A stretch of DNA of 63,933 bases, filler included, from Octopus bimaculoides (Eukaryota): the NCBI RefSeq assembly GCF_001194135.2. It is 5 parts of 4 records of this genome, joined end to end, with 100 filler letters (N's around TTAATTAATTAA, not from the genome) between each part and the next. Parts side by side here need not be neighbours in the genome. Positions count along the whole stretch, not along the records: positions 1 to 25,501 come from NC_068981.1; 4 more parts are not named here. The stretch is one strand, 5' to 3'. Positions 12,435 to 24,146 of this stretch are shown here, piece by piece. The notes under the pieces are model-generated. The model saw nothing but the letters and a program-made list of their open reading frames with translations. It searched no databases and was not told where the DNA came from. Within the stretch, counting starts at the first letter, position 1. Every line of letters begins with the position of its first letter. The position numbers and the translations under genes are program-made.

Positions 12435-12640
12435 NNNNNNNNNNNNNNNNNNNNNNNNNNNNNNNNNNNNNNNNNNNNNNNNNNNNNNNNNNNNNNNNNN
12501 NNNNNNNNNNNNNNNNNNNNNNNNNNNNNNNNNNNNNNNNNNNNNNNNNNNNNNNNNNNNNNNNNNNNNNNNNNNNNNNNNNNNNNNNNNNNNNNNNNNN
12601 NNNNNNNNNNNNNNNTATATATGTATATATATATATTTTT

Positions 12641-13510
12641 GAAGTCTGATCAATAAGTATTCGAACTGTTGCCATAGTAACGAAGCTAAAGTATGCAGAG
12701 TGAAGTCGCTTGACACACATTCACTTTGAACTCTATTGTGCATAAACACTAAGTTTTAACGTTCTAGTTCAATTTCGCTGTTTACAGCAGTGCTTGGAAG
12801 GAAGGTGTGTACCGTGTGATTGTCGTATTGATCATGACAGAGAAAGTTGTCATGATGATACCTACTCAGAGGCCAATGCAAAGTTGCAGAAATTGTATGA
12901 GCCGCACACAAGTGTACGAATGGTTCAGACGCTTCCAAGGTGGTCGAAAAACTGCCAATATTGACGAACGTTCTGGAAGACCCGCAACCAGCAGAACTGA
13001 GAAAAATATCGCAGATGTGCATGCAGCTGTAAGGGGAAATCGTCGAATCACCATCCGTAAGTTATCAAAAAATGTGCAGATTAGTTACAGTTCATTTCAG
13101 TCTATTATCACTGAAGATTTGGGTATGAGATGCAAGTCTGCCAAGTTTGTGCCATAACTGCTTTCAGCTGACAAAAGAAGACACTTGAGTTTCAGTTGCA
13201 CAAGATCTCCTTGATTGTGTCGAGAGCGATGAAAACATTGCATAGGCTTCTGAGCAGGTATCGCCAAGCTTTTAGCAAAATTTGATGCAGATTCTCTGCT
13301 CAACTTCCTCTGTCATGATCAATGTGACGATCACACGCTACACTTCTTCCTTCCAAGTACTGCTGTAAACAGCAGAAGTGAGCTAGACCGTTAAAACTTA
13401 GTTCACATACACAACAGAGTTCAAGGTCAATCTGTGCCAAGAGACTTCACTCAGTATGCTTTAGCTTCATTACTATAGCAACAGTCCGGATACTTATTGA
13501 TCAGAACTTT
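12641..13510 (+). mobile_element. Internally deleted mariner element with ~210-bp TIRs
   Basis: ORF 12807-13157 encodes MSRTQVYEWFRRFQGGR..DERSGRP..RRITIRKLS..DLGMRCKSAKFVP (mariner HTH and WVPHEL-like linker). 12641-12850 is an imperfect inverted copy of 13303-13510. No DDD domain. Confidence 0.92.
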
Positions 13511-13514
13511 GGCT

Positions 13515-13712
13515 CTTGACCAGCAACTTCAGGGGAGTGGTCAAGTCGATTACATCGACCTCAGTGATCAGCTGACACTTATTTTATAAATCCGGGAAGG
13601 ATGAAAGGCAGACTCGATCTCAGCAGAATTTGAACTCAGAGCGTAAAGACAGACAAAATGCCGCTAAGCATTTTGTCCGGCACGGTGACGATTCTGCCAG
13701 CTCGCCGCCTTA
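13515..13712 (-). mobile_element. SINE family B
   Basis: Ends GATTCTGCCAGCTCGCCGCCTT (reverse complement of head); core present. Confidence 0.85.
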
Positions 13713-13889
13713 ATATATGTGTATATTGATCAATCTTAGTTTTTCCAGTAAAGTAAGATATGCTTTGATGAATAAACCCAATAGAATCGAAATACTTTCA
13801 CCAATTTGCTTTAAAGACAAGAGCCACTCTAAAATGCTTTGTCTTTATTTTCTAAAACGTTGGTTGCTGTTAAGATATTACTCATCTCT

Positions 13890-14274
13890 GTGGAGGCGCA
13901 ATGGCCCAGTGGTTAGGGCAGCGGACTCGTGGTCGTAGGATCGCGGTTTCGATTCCCAGACCGGGCGTTGTGAGTGTTTATTGAGCGAAAACTCTTAAAA
14001 CTCCATCAGGCTCCGGCAGGGGATGTTGGTGAACCCTTCTGTACTCTTTCACCACAACTTTCTCTCACTCTTACTTCCTGTTTCTGTTGTGCCTGTAATT
14101 CAAAGGGTCAGCCTTGTCACACTCTGTGTCACCCTGAATATCCCCGAGAACTACGCTAAGGGTACACGTGTCTGTGGAGTGCTCAGCCACTTGCACGTTA
14201 ATTTCACGAGCAGGCTGTTCCGTTGATCGGATCAACTGGAACCCTCGACGTCGTAACCGACGGAGTGCCAACCA
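13890..14274 (+). mobile_element. Full-length tRNA-derived SINE family D with 13-bp TSD
   Basis: A-box-like TGGCCCAGTGG, B-box-like GTTTCGATTCC; TSD ATTACTCATCTCT at 13877-13889 and 14275-14287. Confidence 0.95.
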
Positions 14275-15719
14275 ATTACTCATCTCTAGAAAGATGTTTG
14301 TCTACTTATTCTTTGGATAAGTAACCTCTGTTAATCGAAGGTTTGACTTTCTCACTATATTATATGAGTGAGCTTCTACCGTAAATGTATTTCCTATGCA
14401 GGAAGACATCCCGAGGTATTTTTCCACTAGCCATACCATTAACAGATATAGTGGTCTAATCCTTTGGAAGCTATCAACACGAGCCATCAGCAAAACATCT
14501 ATGCAGTCCCTAGATGGGTTAGAAATAGCAGTCAAACAGCCTTCAGATTACATCATTACAGGCTTAAAAAGATAACAGAGATACACTTTGGATAATGTCC
14601 CAGATATGGATGTATTTATACACGCACACACACGCACGCACGCACACACACACACACACACACTCACACGCACACATATGTACCAAAAGACGGAATATTT
14701 ATGATGAGAACGCCTTTGATCGTAGGTTTCCACAATTATAAAGCTGACCTGGAGCTATGTATGAAGAGAAGAAACAACAAAAACAACAACAGCGACAAAA
14801 GCGACCTATGACCATGGCAAGCTGTGAATTTACACGCAATTATGTATTCATAGATATAAAAAAAAACACCCTTATATTCATGTATCCATTTATATATCTG
14901 TTTATTATACCTACCAACGTACCTAAATAAAATTCATACACGCATACATCCATATATATATATATATATANNNNNNNNNNNNNNNNNNNNNNNNNNNNNN
15001 NNNNNNNNNNNNNNNNNNNNNNNNNNNNNNNNNNNNNNNNNNNNNNNNNNNNNNNNNNNNNNNNNNNNNNNNNNNNNNNNNNNNNNNNNNNNNNNNNNNN
15101 NNNNNNNNNNNNNNNNNNNNNNNNNNNNNNNNNNNNNNNNNNNNNNNNNNNNNNNNNNNNNNNNNNNNNNNNNNNNNNNNNNNNNNNNNNNNNNNNNNNN
15201 NNNNNNNNNNNNNNNNNNNNNNNNNNNNNNNNNNNNNNNNNNNNNNNNNNNNNNNNNNNNNNNNNNNNNNNNNNNNNNNNNNNNNNNNNNNNNNNNNNNN
15301 NNNNNNNNNNNNNNNNNNNNNNNNNNNNNNNNNNNNNNNNNNNNNNNNNNNNNNNNNNNNNNNNNNNNNNNNNNNNNNNNNNNNNNNNNNNNNNNNNNNN
15401 NNNNNNNNNNNNNNNNNNNNNNNNNNNNNNNNNNNNNNNNNNNNNNNNNNNNNNNNNNNNNNNNNNNNNNNNNNNNNNNNNNNNNNNNNNNNNNNNNNNN
15501 NNNNNNNNNNNNNNNNNNNNNNNNNNNNNNNNNNNNNNNNNNNNNNNNNNNNNNNNNNNNNNNNNNNNNNNNNNNNNNNNNNNNNNNNNNNNNNNNNNNN
15601 NNNNNNNNNNNNNNNNNNNNNNNNNNNNNNNNNNNNNNNNNNNNNNNNNNNNNNNNNNNNNNNNNNNNNNNNNNNNNNNNNNNNNNNNNNNNNTGTCGGA
15701 TTTCTATTATTTCAAGACA

Positions 15720-15863
15720 GAGATGTCCTTCTTCTTCTGCTCCTCCTGCTCCTTCTCTATCGTCCTCTTCCTCGTCCTCTCCCTCCTCCTCATCACCACA
15801 AACACCAACGCCACCACCACCATCAGCACCACCACCATCACCGTAATAACCAATCTGTCGGTG

Positions 15864-15898
<35 letters not shown>

Positions 15899-15899
15899 C

Positions 15900-15953
<54 letters not shown>

Positions 15954-16217
15954 GCCGTAACCATCGCCACCACCACCCCAACTATATCACAACCTTCTCC
16001 CTCATCACTATAACTACGATTACTTATGATCGTCATTAACAGGCCAGCACCGCGTCCATTACCAAACTACATAACCATTGCTTCCAGCAACACCGTCATC
16101 ATTGCAGTCAAACACCCTGCTATCATCAATATGATCATAACCACTACCACTGCCAACAGCAGTACCACCACCGCCGCCGTCACGACCACGATCACCATCA
16201 TCATCATCATCATCATT

Positions 16218-16252
<35 letters not shown>

Positions 16253-16270
16253 CATCCTCATTCATCATCA
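15720..16270. repeat. Compound CTC/CTA/CAC/CAT microsatellite
   Basis: Direct inspection. Confidence 0.95.
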
Positions 16271-16471
16271 AACACCCTACTTGATAATCTCCCTCATCTC
16301 ACAGATGCTGTCATTTGCCGTATGGTCTTATTTATGCCGCTCCAGCTGGCCGTAGACAGGAGAGTTAAGCGATTAGTAATTTCTGGAAAATTTCGTATAA
16401 TTATGATGGCGCTTGAATATGTGCTGTTACTGCAAGTGTGCGCGCTAGTAGTGTATGTGTATGTATATAGA

Positions 16472-16514
<43 letters not shown>

Positions 16515-16613
16515 NNNNNNNNNNNNNNNNNNNNNNNNNNNNNNNNNNNNNNNNNNNNNNNNNNNNNNNNNNNNNNNNNNNNNNNNNNNNNNNNNNNNNN
16601 NNNNNNNNATATA

Positions 16614-16649
<36 letters not shown>

Positions 16650-16661
16650 TGTGTGTATGTA

Positions 16662-16780
16662 TTTGCTGGTACTCCGACGAGGGTTCCACTTGATCCGATC
16701 AACGGAACAGCCCTGCTCGTGAAATTAATGCATAAGTGACTGAGCACTGCACAGACACGCCCACCTTTAACATAGTTCAC
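16662..16780 (-). mobile_element. SINE family D 3' fragment
   Basis: GAGGGTTCCACTTGATCCGATCAACGGAACAGCC..CTCGTGAAATTAA is the reverse complement of the family D tail. Confidence 0.8.
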
Positions 16781-16872
16781 AAGGAGACTGAAATACAGGC
16801 ACAACCCAGTTTTGCCAGTTGAATGTACTGGAGTAACATGAAATAAGGAGTCTTGCGCGAATAAAGAGTCTT

Positions 16873-17001
16873 GAACGTGAAACTCAGAGTAACAGTCTTT
16901 TGTTATATTTCTGCTGCTTTTAAATAAAGCATATTACTCTACCTCTGGTATTTGAGTACTCTTTTTTCCACCTTGTTGCACATTTCATGTGCTTACTCCG
17001 G
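16873..17001 (+). mobile_element. 5'-truncated Penelope-type pLTR repeat with the 3' half of a hammerhead
   Basis: Near-identical (reverse complement) to 32983-33110; begins GAACGTGAAACTCAGAGTAACAGT, ends CTTACTCCGG + (TA)n. Confidence 0.8.
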
Positions 17002-17022
17002 TATATATATATATATATATAT

Positions 17023-17215
17023 ATAAAGCAGTTGTATACTGTCAACTTAATGTGACAGTCCCAATAAGGAGCTTGTCTCTCCCTCGCAAATATAAGGGCA
17101 CAGGAAATGTGTCAAGGCCGACAGGAAGCAGTCCAGCTTCCTAGGGCTTAATAGCAGCAGTATGATTCCCTTTTTGGGACTGTCACATTAAGTTGACAGT
17201 ATACAACTGCTTTAT
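17023..17215. repeat. 193-bp element with perfect 42-bp inverted arms
   Basis: 17023-17064 is the exact reverse complement of 17174-17215; abuts (TA)n. Confidence 0.9.
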
Positions 17216-17507
17216 CTGAACACTGCTNNNNNNNNNNNNNNNNNNNNNNNNNNNNNNNNNNNNNNNNNNNNNNNNNNNNNNNNNNNNNNNNNNNNNNNNN
17301 NNNNNNNNNNNNNNNNNNNNNNNNNNNNNNNNNNNNNNNNNNNNNNNNNNNNNNNNNNNNNNNNNNNNNNNNNNNNNNNNNNNNNNNNNNNNNNNNNNNN
17401 NNNNNNNNNNNNNNNNNNNNNNNNNNNNNNNNNNNNNNNNNNNNNNNNNNNNNNNNNNNNNNNNNNNNNNNNNNNNNNTATAATACATACATATATTATA
17501 CATACAT

Positions 17508-17906
17508 ATATCGTTGCTATTATATTAAACTGTCGTATGTCCAAATTTGGCCAAATGCGTTTTCTTCAATATTTAATTTTGCTTGCGATAGCCGGTTCTT
17601 TTGGCCAAACTATTGTATTTCTTGCTGCTTCAGATGCGAAGATCTGAAAATTGTCAAGGTGCAGTACAATGGTTTAGCATTTTTCAAAAGAGTAGTTAGT
17701 TCCACGTACGACTGTTTTGCAAAAATACTTCTGACTGAAAATATCATAAATGCATGGAGTTACGATTTGATGCACCCAACAAAGTATTATTGTTAAGCTG
17801 AAACTGTTGCTAATGTAAAAAGAAATGGAATGGTGAAACTATTTATTCCGTTTTCTGAAAAAGCAACGTTTTGGACTTAGACACTTTTGCATTATAGCAA
17901 CGATAT
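17508..17906. mobile_element. MITE-like element with ATATCGTTGCTAT termini
   Basis: 13-bp perfect terminal IR (17508-20 / 17894-906); interior homologous to the reverse complement of 28335-28620. Confidence 0.7.
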
Positions 17907-18280
17907 TACACACACAGACACAGACACACACACATACTAATACACACATATATGATATGTTACATATAACATTTATTTTGATCCCCGATGCTCATACATT
18001 ATTTGCAGGTAGGCAAGCCGCAGTATACACCTGTAAATATACTGTTTGTTATATATATATGAATAGAAGTTCCGGTCTGGTTTTGAATTGTTAAGGCGGT
18101 ATCTATCACTGAGGTGAAAATCACGCCGAAACATCGTGTTTGGTTGTCTGTTGATAACACTTGGAGATCGGCTCGATGTGTTTTTGCACAAGATCTATAG
18201 AGAGAATGACTAAATGAATGTATATATAACTTTCGCACGCAAAATGTGTACATGCGCATATATTTAACACCCACGGAGCA

Positions 18281-18319
<39 letters not shown>

Positions 18320-18668
18320 GTTCTTGTGAAGGTTGTAATTCTTCTGTCTGTATAATTTATATATAGATATATATATTTTCGAAGATATATTTGTAACGTG
18401 TTAGCCTCACATTTCATATACACATACTTTTTATTTGTTTACAAAGGTATTCATCGATGCTACTTTTATTATTCTTGTGACTCCGGGAGATTCAAAGGCA
18501 AAGCAGATCTCGATGGTACTTGAACTCAGAGCGTAAAGTCCCGTAATTAATTGCCACAACATATTTTGTCCGATGCTCTAATGAATCAACCAATCCTTGA
18601 GGTGAATATAGATGCTTAAAAATTGTCAATATGAATGTATTCTTAAGTTATAGCATTTATCAAATATT

Positions 18669-18883
18669 GATTTCAGATTTTGGCAGAAGGCCAGAAATGT
18701 CGGGGGGAGGGAATAAGTCGATTACATCGACCTCCATGTTCAATTGGTTCTTATTTTATCGACCCAGAAAAGATGAAAGGCATAGTCTCGGCGGAATTTG
18801 AACTCAGAGCATAAAGACGGACGGAATGCCGCAAAGCATTTTGCCGCGCGGCGTGCTAATGATTCTGCCATCTCGCCACCTTA
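18669..18883 (-). mobile_element. SINE family B
   Basis: Head and core recognisable on the minus strand; a further degenerate copy lies at about 18440-18600. Confidence 0.85.
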
Positions 18884-19991
18884 GCAGTTATTAAATATTA
18901 AATATCATTGACAAGAAACAAGCAAAAATTACTAAATTAAGTCGCAATTCTGTCTTAAAATCTTAGAAACCAATTTACAGATATTTTAGGAGTGGAGGTT
19001 GGCTCACTAAAATGTCGCATTCTTTTTGAGTTTCGGCGACACTTAAATATTGGACAGGACAAATTAAAAACTTTTAAAATGTGAAATGGAATGAGCAGTT
19101 TCCTGCGCTAAATTAGCTAATTGTGACGAATTGATAAAAATGGGTGTCGCTTGGAATTAGCTTTAAAAAAAGCCAAACCAACAGCAACAAAAAATAATTG
19201 AATGGAATAAACAAGCACAACCTATCAACAATCTATAGATTACATTAAAGGATTATTACATGACAGCTATTACACGCAGTTTCGTAGTTGCAAGTAATTT
19301 TCTTTCTTTGAATGTAAAAAAAAACCCAAACAATTTAATGACAGCTTCGGCAAGTTTATTGACATGTGTGTATTTCGCATTTGTAATTTGCTTTCAATTT
19401 AAAACTATTAGCCAATTTCCTTGTTCTTGTTATCGCTGTTATTGTGATTGCTGTTGTTGTAATTGTTGTTATAAACTATTTCATAGAATCTCAGAACAAA
19501 ATGAAATTTTGAGACTTGACAGCCTTTTTGATATTGTAGTTTTTCGTTGGTCGTGTAATGTAGTAGTACAACACAGTAGAGAAATGTAATATAATAATGA
19601 GGTGTTATGATGTACTGTGTGGTATTATACAGCAAAGGGTTTGTAATGGCTTCGGTGTTGTCTTGTATGAAAAAACAGTGTATTGACAGAATCTGTTGAG
19701 TGTTGAACTATAAATACTTGACAGCATTTACACTGGACCCCACACCACACACTTCAACGCGTCCCAGAATTCATTATCAGCTTATCTGCAGCTTAAACTT
19801 TGCTCTGCCTTTTTACGTTGCTCGCCACATGTACCAGTTGTATAATGAAGGACGTCGACCTGAGCTACTGTGCTACTTCTCTTGAAAACAAAATGGCCTT
19901 GTGTTTTATCAATTGCTATGGCTTAAAAGTATTATTTCGAGGAAACGGTAAAATGCCTTGACTAAATGAATTATTATAATATTTAGTGTTA

Positions 19992-20700
19992 GAAGGCGCA
20001 TAGCTCATCGGTTAGAGCGTCGGGCTCACAATCATGAAGTAATGAGTTCGATTCCTGGACCGGGTGTGTGTTGTGTTCTTGAGCAAGACACTTTATTTCA
20101 CGTTGCTCCAGTTCATTCAGCTGTAGAAATGAGTTGTGGCATGACTGGTGCCTAGCTGTATCAGCTTTTTCCTTTCCCTTAGATAACATCATTGACATGG
20201 AGAGGGGAGGCTGTCATGCACGGGCGACTGCTGGTTTTCCATAAACAACCTTGACCGGTCTCGTGTTTCCGAGAGTAGCTTTCTAGGTGCAATCTCATGA
20301 TTATCCTTGNNNNNNNNNNCTTGAAAACAAAATGGCCTTGTGTTTTATCAATTGCTATGGCTTAAAAGTATTATTTCGAGGAAACGGTAAAATGCCTTGA
20401 CTAAATGAATTATTATAATATTTAGTGTTAGAAGGCGCATAGCTCATCGGTTAGAGCGTCGGGCTCACAATCATGAAGTAATGAGTTCGATTCCTGGACC
20501 GGGTGTGTGTTGTGTTCTTGAGCAAGACACTTTATTTCATGTTGCTCCAGTTAACTCAGCTGTAGAAATGAGCTGTAACATCAATGGTGCCAAACTGTAT
20601 CAGACTTTGCCTTTCCTTTAGATAACATCGATGGCATGGAGAGTGGGGGCTAGTATGCATGGGCAACTGCTGGTCTTCCATAAACAACTTTGCCCGGATG
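19992..20700 (+). mobile_element. SINE family A, two copies across a 10-N gap (19992-20310, 20431-20700)
   Basis: Head GGCGCATAGCTCATCGGTTAGAGCG..GAGTTCGATTCC; upstream flank also duplicated. Confidence 0.85.
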
Positions 20701-20959
20701 CGAAATTTTTTCCCACGAGAGAGTTCCGGACCCCAGTTATGAACTCATTTGCATACAGCCAATCAGAGCTCAACTATCAAACTATGAGCGCATAACAAGT
20801 GATGGTCGATAAGATAAGGTTCACTTGGGTAAGGAATGACCATGCTTCTTTTGATACAATGAGTAATATTGTATCAATGTTAAAAGCTAAAATTGTTATA
20901 TTCTCAGTACATGAATTGTTGTATTTAGTTTCATCCACTTACGCTGCGAGTTTAAGCTC

Positions 20960-21250
20960 TGCCAAACAGGACCAGTTGTGTCGGTCTCTTTCGCCGAGCT
21001 ATTAAGTTACGGGGACGAAAACAAACCAATACCGGTTATCAAGTTGCCGAGATAAACACGCACATACACACACACAGACACACATACACACACACATATA
21101 TATGACGGGCTTCCACACAGTTTTCATCTACCAAATTCACTCAAAAAGCATTAGTCGGTCAGGGTCTATAGCAGAAAACACATGTCCAAGGTGTTGTGCA
21201 GTGGGACTGAACCTGAAAGCATTTGGTCGCAAAGCAAGCTACTTAAGCTC
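20960..21250 (-). mobile_element. SINE family C, degenerate
   Basis: CGGTCTCTTTCGCCGA..GACGGGCTTCC..CAGTGGGACTGAACC matches the reverse complement of family C. Confidence 0.75.
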
Positions 21251-21615
21251 AAACACTCCCAACAAAGGCCGAGGCTTATGAATATGGTGGCGGTCGATTA
21301 TATCAACCCCAGTATTTCACTGGTACTAAATTTTGTCGACCTCATAGTCAAATCAGCAGGATTTGAACTCAGTACATAAAGGAACGTAACTAAATACCAC
21401 AAGTCATTTTGTTCACCGATTCTACTAATGCGTTGATTAGTAAAGCGCCGTGGATTAACCAAGTGCTAGGAATCGACAAAGTGTTGCATATTAACAAAAC
21501 TCTGTGAAGTTAACAAAACACTGAGAATTAATGGAGAGATGCAGACCAGCAAGCAAAGTGTTATAGATTAGTAAATCGCTGTGGATTAGCAAAGTACAAT
21601 AGATAGGGAAAGTAC

Positions 21616-22009
21616 TCTTTTCTACTCTAGGCACAAGGCACGAAATTTATTGGAGAGGGGGCCAGTCGATTAGATCGACCCCAGTATGCAACTGGTACTT
21701 AATTTATCGACCCCGAAAGGATGAAAGGCAAAGTCAACCTCGGCGGAATTTGAGCTCAGAACGTAAAGACAGACGAAATACCGCTAAGTATTTCGCCCCN
21801 NNNNNNNNNNNNNNNNNNNNNNNNNATTGGAGAGGGGGCCAGTCGATTAGATCGACCCCAGTATGCAACTGGTACTTAATTTATCGACCCCGAAAGGATG
21901 AAAGGCAAAGTCAACCTCGGCGGAATTTGAGCTCAGAACGTAAAGACAGACGAAATACCGCTAAGTATTTCGCCCCGCGTGGTAACGTTTTTGCCAGTTC
22001 ACCGCCTTA
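21616..22009 (-). mobile_element. Young SINE family B, duplicated across an N gap
   Basis: 21647-21799 is repeated identically after the gap at 21800-21825. Confidence 0.85.
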
Positions 22010-22199
22010 TAGAGAAAGTACTCTGGTTTGACAAAAACCTTAGGCTGCCAAGTATATTGCTCGACAGCGTTTTGTTCTGGTTCGCGATATAATTCAAAGT
22101 GTTTTGTCCGCGATCTGATTAAAAATGTGCGCAGGTCGTCTTTGACTTTCATTCCTTCGGTATTCGTGGCTTTGTGCTTTATGTTGGAAAGCAATAATA

Positions 22200-22730
22200 A
22201 CAGTAAGTAACGGTAATATCAAAAGTAGCTGTAGTAGTGGTGATAGTGGTGGTGGTAGTGATAGAAATGGTGGTAGTAGCAGTAGTTGTTGCTGTAATTC
22301 AAGTAGTAGAAATAAAATTCTGGTATTGCATGTAGCATTGTGAATGATGGCCAGTCTACAGCTACGATGGCAATCCCGCTGACGACGAACACTGCAGCTG
22401 CTGTTGTTGTTGACAATGATGTTGATGATGATAATGATGATGAAAGTTATTATAATGACAACAATAATGACAATGAAGTTGTTATTGTTGTTGTTGTTGC
22501 TGTTGTTGATGACGATGATAATTATGATGACGATGATGATTATGATGACGATGATGATTATGATGACGATGATGATTATGATGTCGCTGATGATGATGGT
22601 GAAGGAAAATTGACAATAATGATAGTAACGATGACCTTGATAATGATGACGCTGATAATGACGATGACAATGAAAAAGATGATGACGGTGATGATAATGA
22701 TGGTGATGATGAAGTGTAACTGGTTGGTGG
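22200..22730. repeat. Compound GTA/GAT/GTT microsatellite with an 18-bp GACGATGATGATTATGAT sub-repeat
   Basis: Direct inspection. Confidence 0.9.
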
Positions 22731-23366
22731 CACAACCTCATGGAGTATGACGCGGGATAGATGTGATGATTATCCGTCCTCTTTTCTACTAAAGGCACAA
22801 GACCTGAAGATGGATGTGATGATAATAATAATAAAATTACACCAACTCTTCCCACTCCGCCTTTACATTTTTTGTTTGTTTTCATTGCAACTGTTCCACT
22901 TACTACTTTCAATAAATTTCTATTTGGAAATTATTATTTTCTCCCCTCTTAAATTGAAAATATGTTTATCTTGGTCCAATGAAAAAAGAAAAAAGAAAAA
23001 AAAAAAAGAAAAAAAAGAAAAAAGAAAATGATAATAATTTAAGGAAATAAAGTTTAAAATTGTTAAAAAAGAAATGAACGACATATTTTATATTTCGTAG
23101 AAAGAAAAATACCCAACAAATTAAACAAAAATACTGAAAAAAAAAGAGACGAATAAAAGTCATCTTCACCTTCCATTCAAAAGCAAGGCGTATATATCTA
23201 AACGTTTATCATAACTGTCGAAAGTGTCATATATGTAACGCGCACGAAGCTGCAATAACGAGCGGATACATACATACGCAGGCGCATATACACATATATG
23301 CGAATGCACGAGGTGTATTTATTCATTCACATGACTACGCGTATATACAACAAGACACTAAAAATA

Positions 23367-23409
<43 letters not shown>

Positions 23410-23590
23410 GTAGGTAAGAAGTTTGCTGTGTGGTAAGAAGTTTGCTTTTTGCTTCCCAACCTCTTAGTTCAGGGTTCAGTCCCACTGCGTGGCACTCTGG
23501 ACAAGTGTCTTCTGCTATAGCCTCGGACCGACAAAAGCATTGTGAGTAGATTTGGTAGATGGAAGCTAAAAGAAGCGTGTTGTATATATA
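23410..23590 (+). mobile_element. SINE family C, 5' half
   Basis: GTGGTAAGAAGTTTGCTT..GGGTTCAGTCCCACTGCGTGGCAC..AAAGAAGC + (TA)n. Confidence 0.85.
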
Positions 23591-23948
23591 TATATAGGTG
23601 AGAGAGTTGGTATGTGAAAGCACGTGGTTGGATGTATAAAAGACAAAAAAGAGTGAAAAAACTACAGAAGGCTTGTGTTATATGGTTAAAGTATATATTT
23701 AAATCGTTATGTTGGAAAACGTTATAAAGTTTTGAGTATAGTAACATTGTTTTTGGAGAAATGACCGGTTTCGTATTTTCTTTTCAAATTTCTCAAATTT
23801 CTTTACCTATATCGTATCATGTCTTCGCTATGGTGTAAAATATGAAGTTCCAGATAGGGGAAGGTAATCAGGGATTTTTTCTGGTATAAGGGAGATAATC
23901 AAAAATGTTGGAGATGACTAGGTTTGATTGATTTGGTTTAGAAGGAAT

Positions 23949-24146
23949 AGAATGTTACAAGTGGTTAGGTTTTTCTTTATATTTCTTTCAGTGAGGTGAG
24001 TTTCCAACACAAATTAGATTAAGTAAGGAAACCTTCTTCATTGAAAAATATAAGCCAAAACTTAACCATTTCTAACATTTTAAAATAAGGAAACACACCT
24101 CATTGAAAAAAAATATAAAGCAACACCTAACCACTCGTAACATTCT
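23949..24146. repeat. Three ~58-bp related units: one inverted, two direct (62-bp period)
   Basis: 23949-24005 is an imperfect reverse complement of 24089-24146; 24025-24082 is a diverged direct copy. Confidence 0.75.

Noticed and set aside
13890-13965. tRNA genes (also 19992, 20431, 3730-3795)
   Set aside because: A/B-box heads run directly into SINE bodies, and one is TSD-flanked.
17065-17173. Twister ribozyme in the spacer (TAAGCCC..GAGGG on minus)
   Set aside because: The CCC needed for the pseudoknot and a P1 stem are missing.
18105-18144. Degenerate hammerhead CTGAG-GTGAAAATCACGCC-GAAACATCGTGTT
   Set aside because: Core lacks NGA, stem II is asymmetric and stem I weak; at best a decayed relic.
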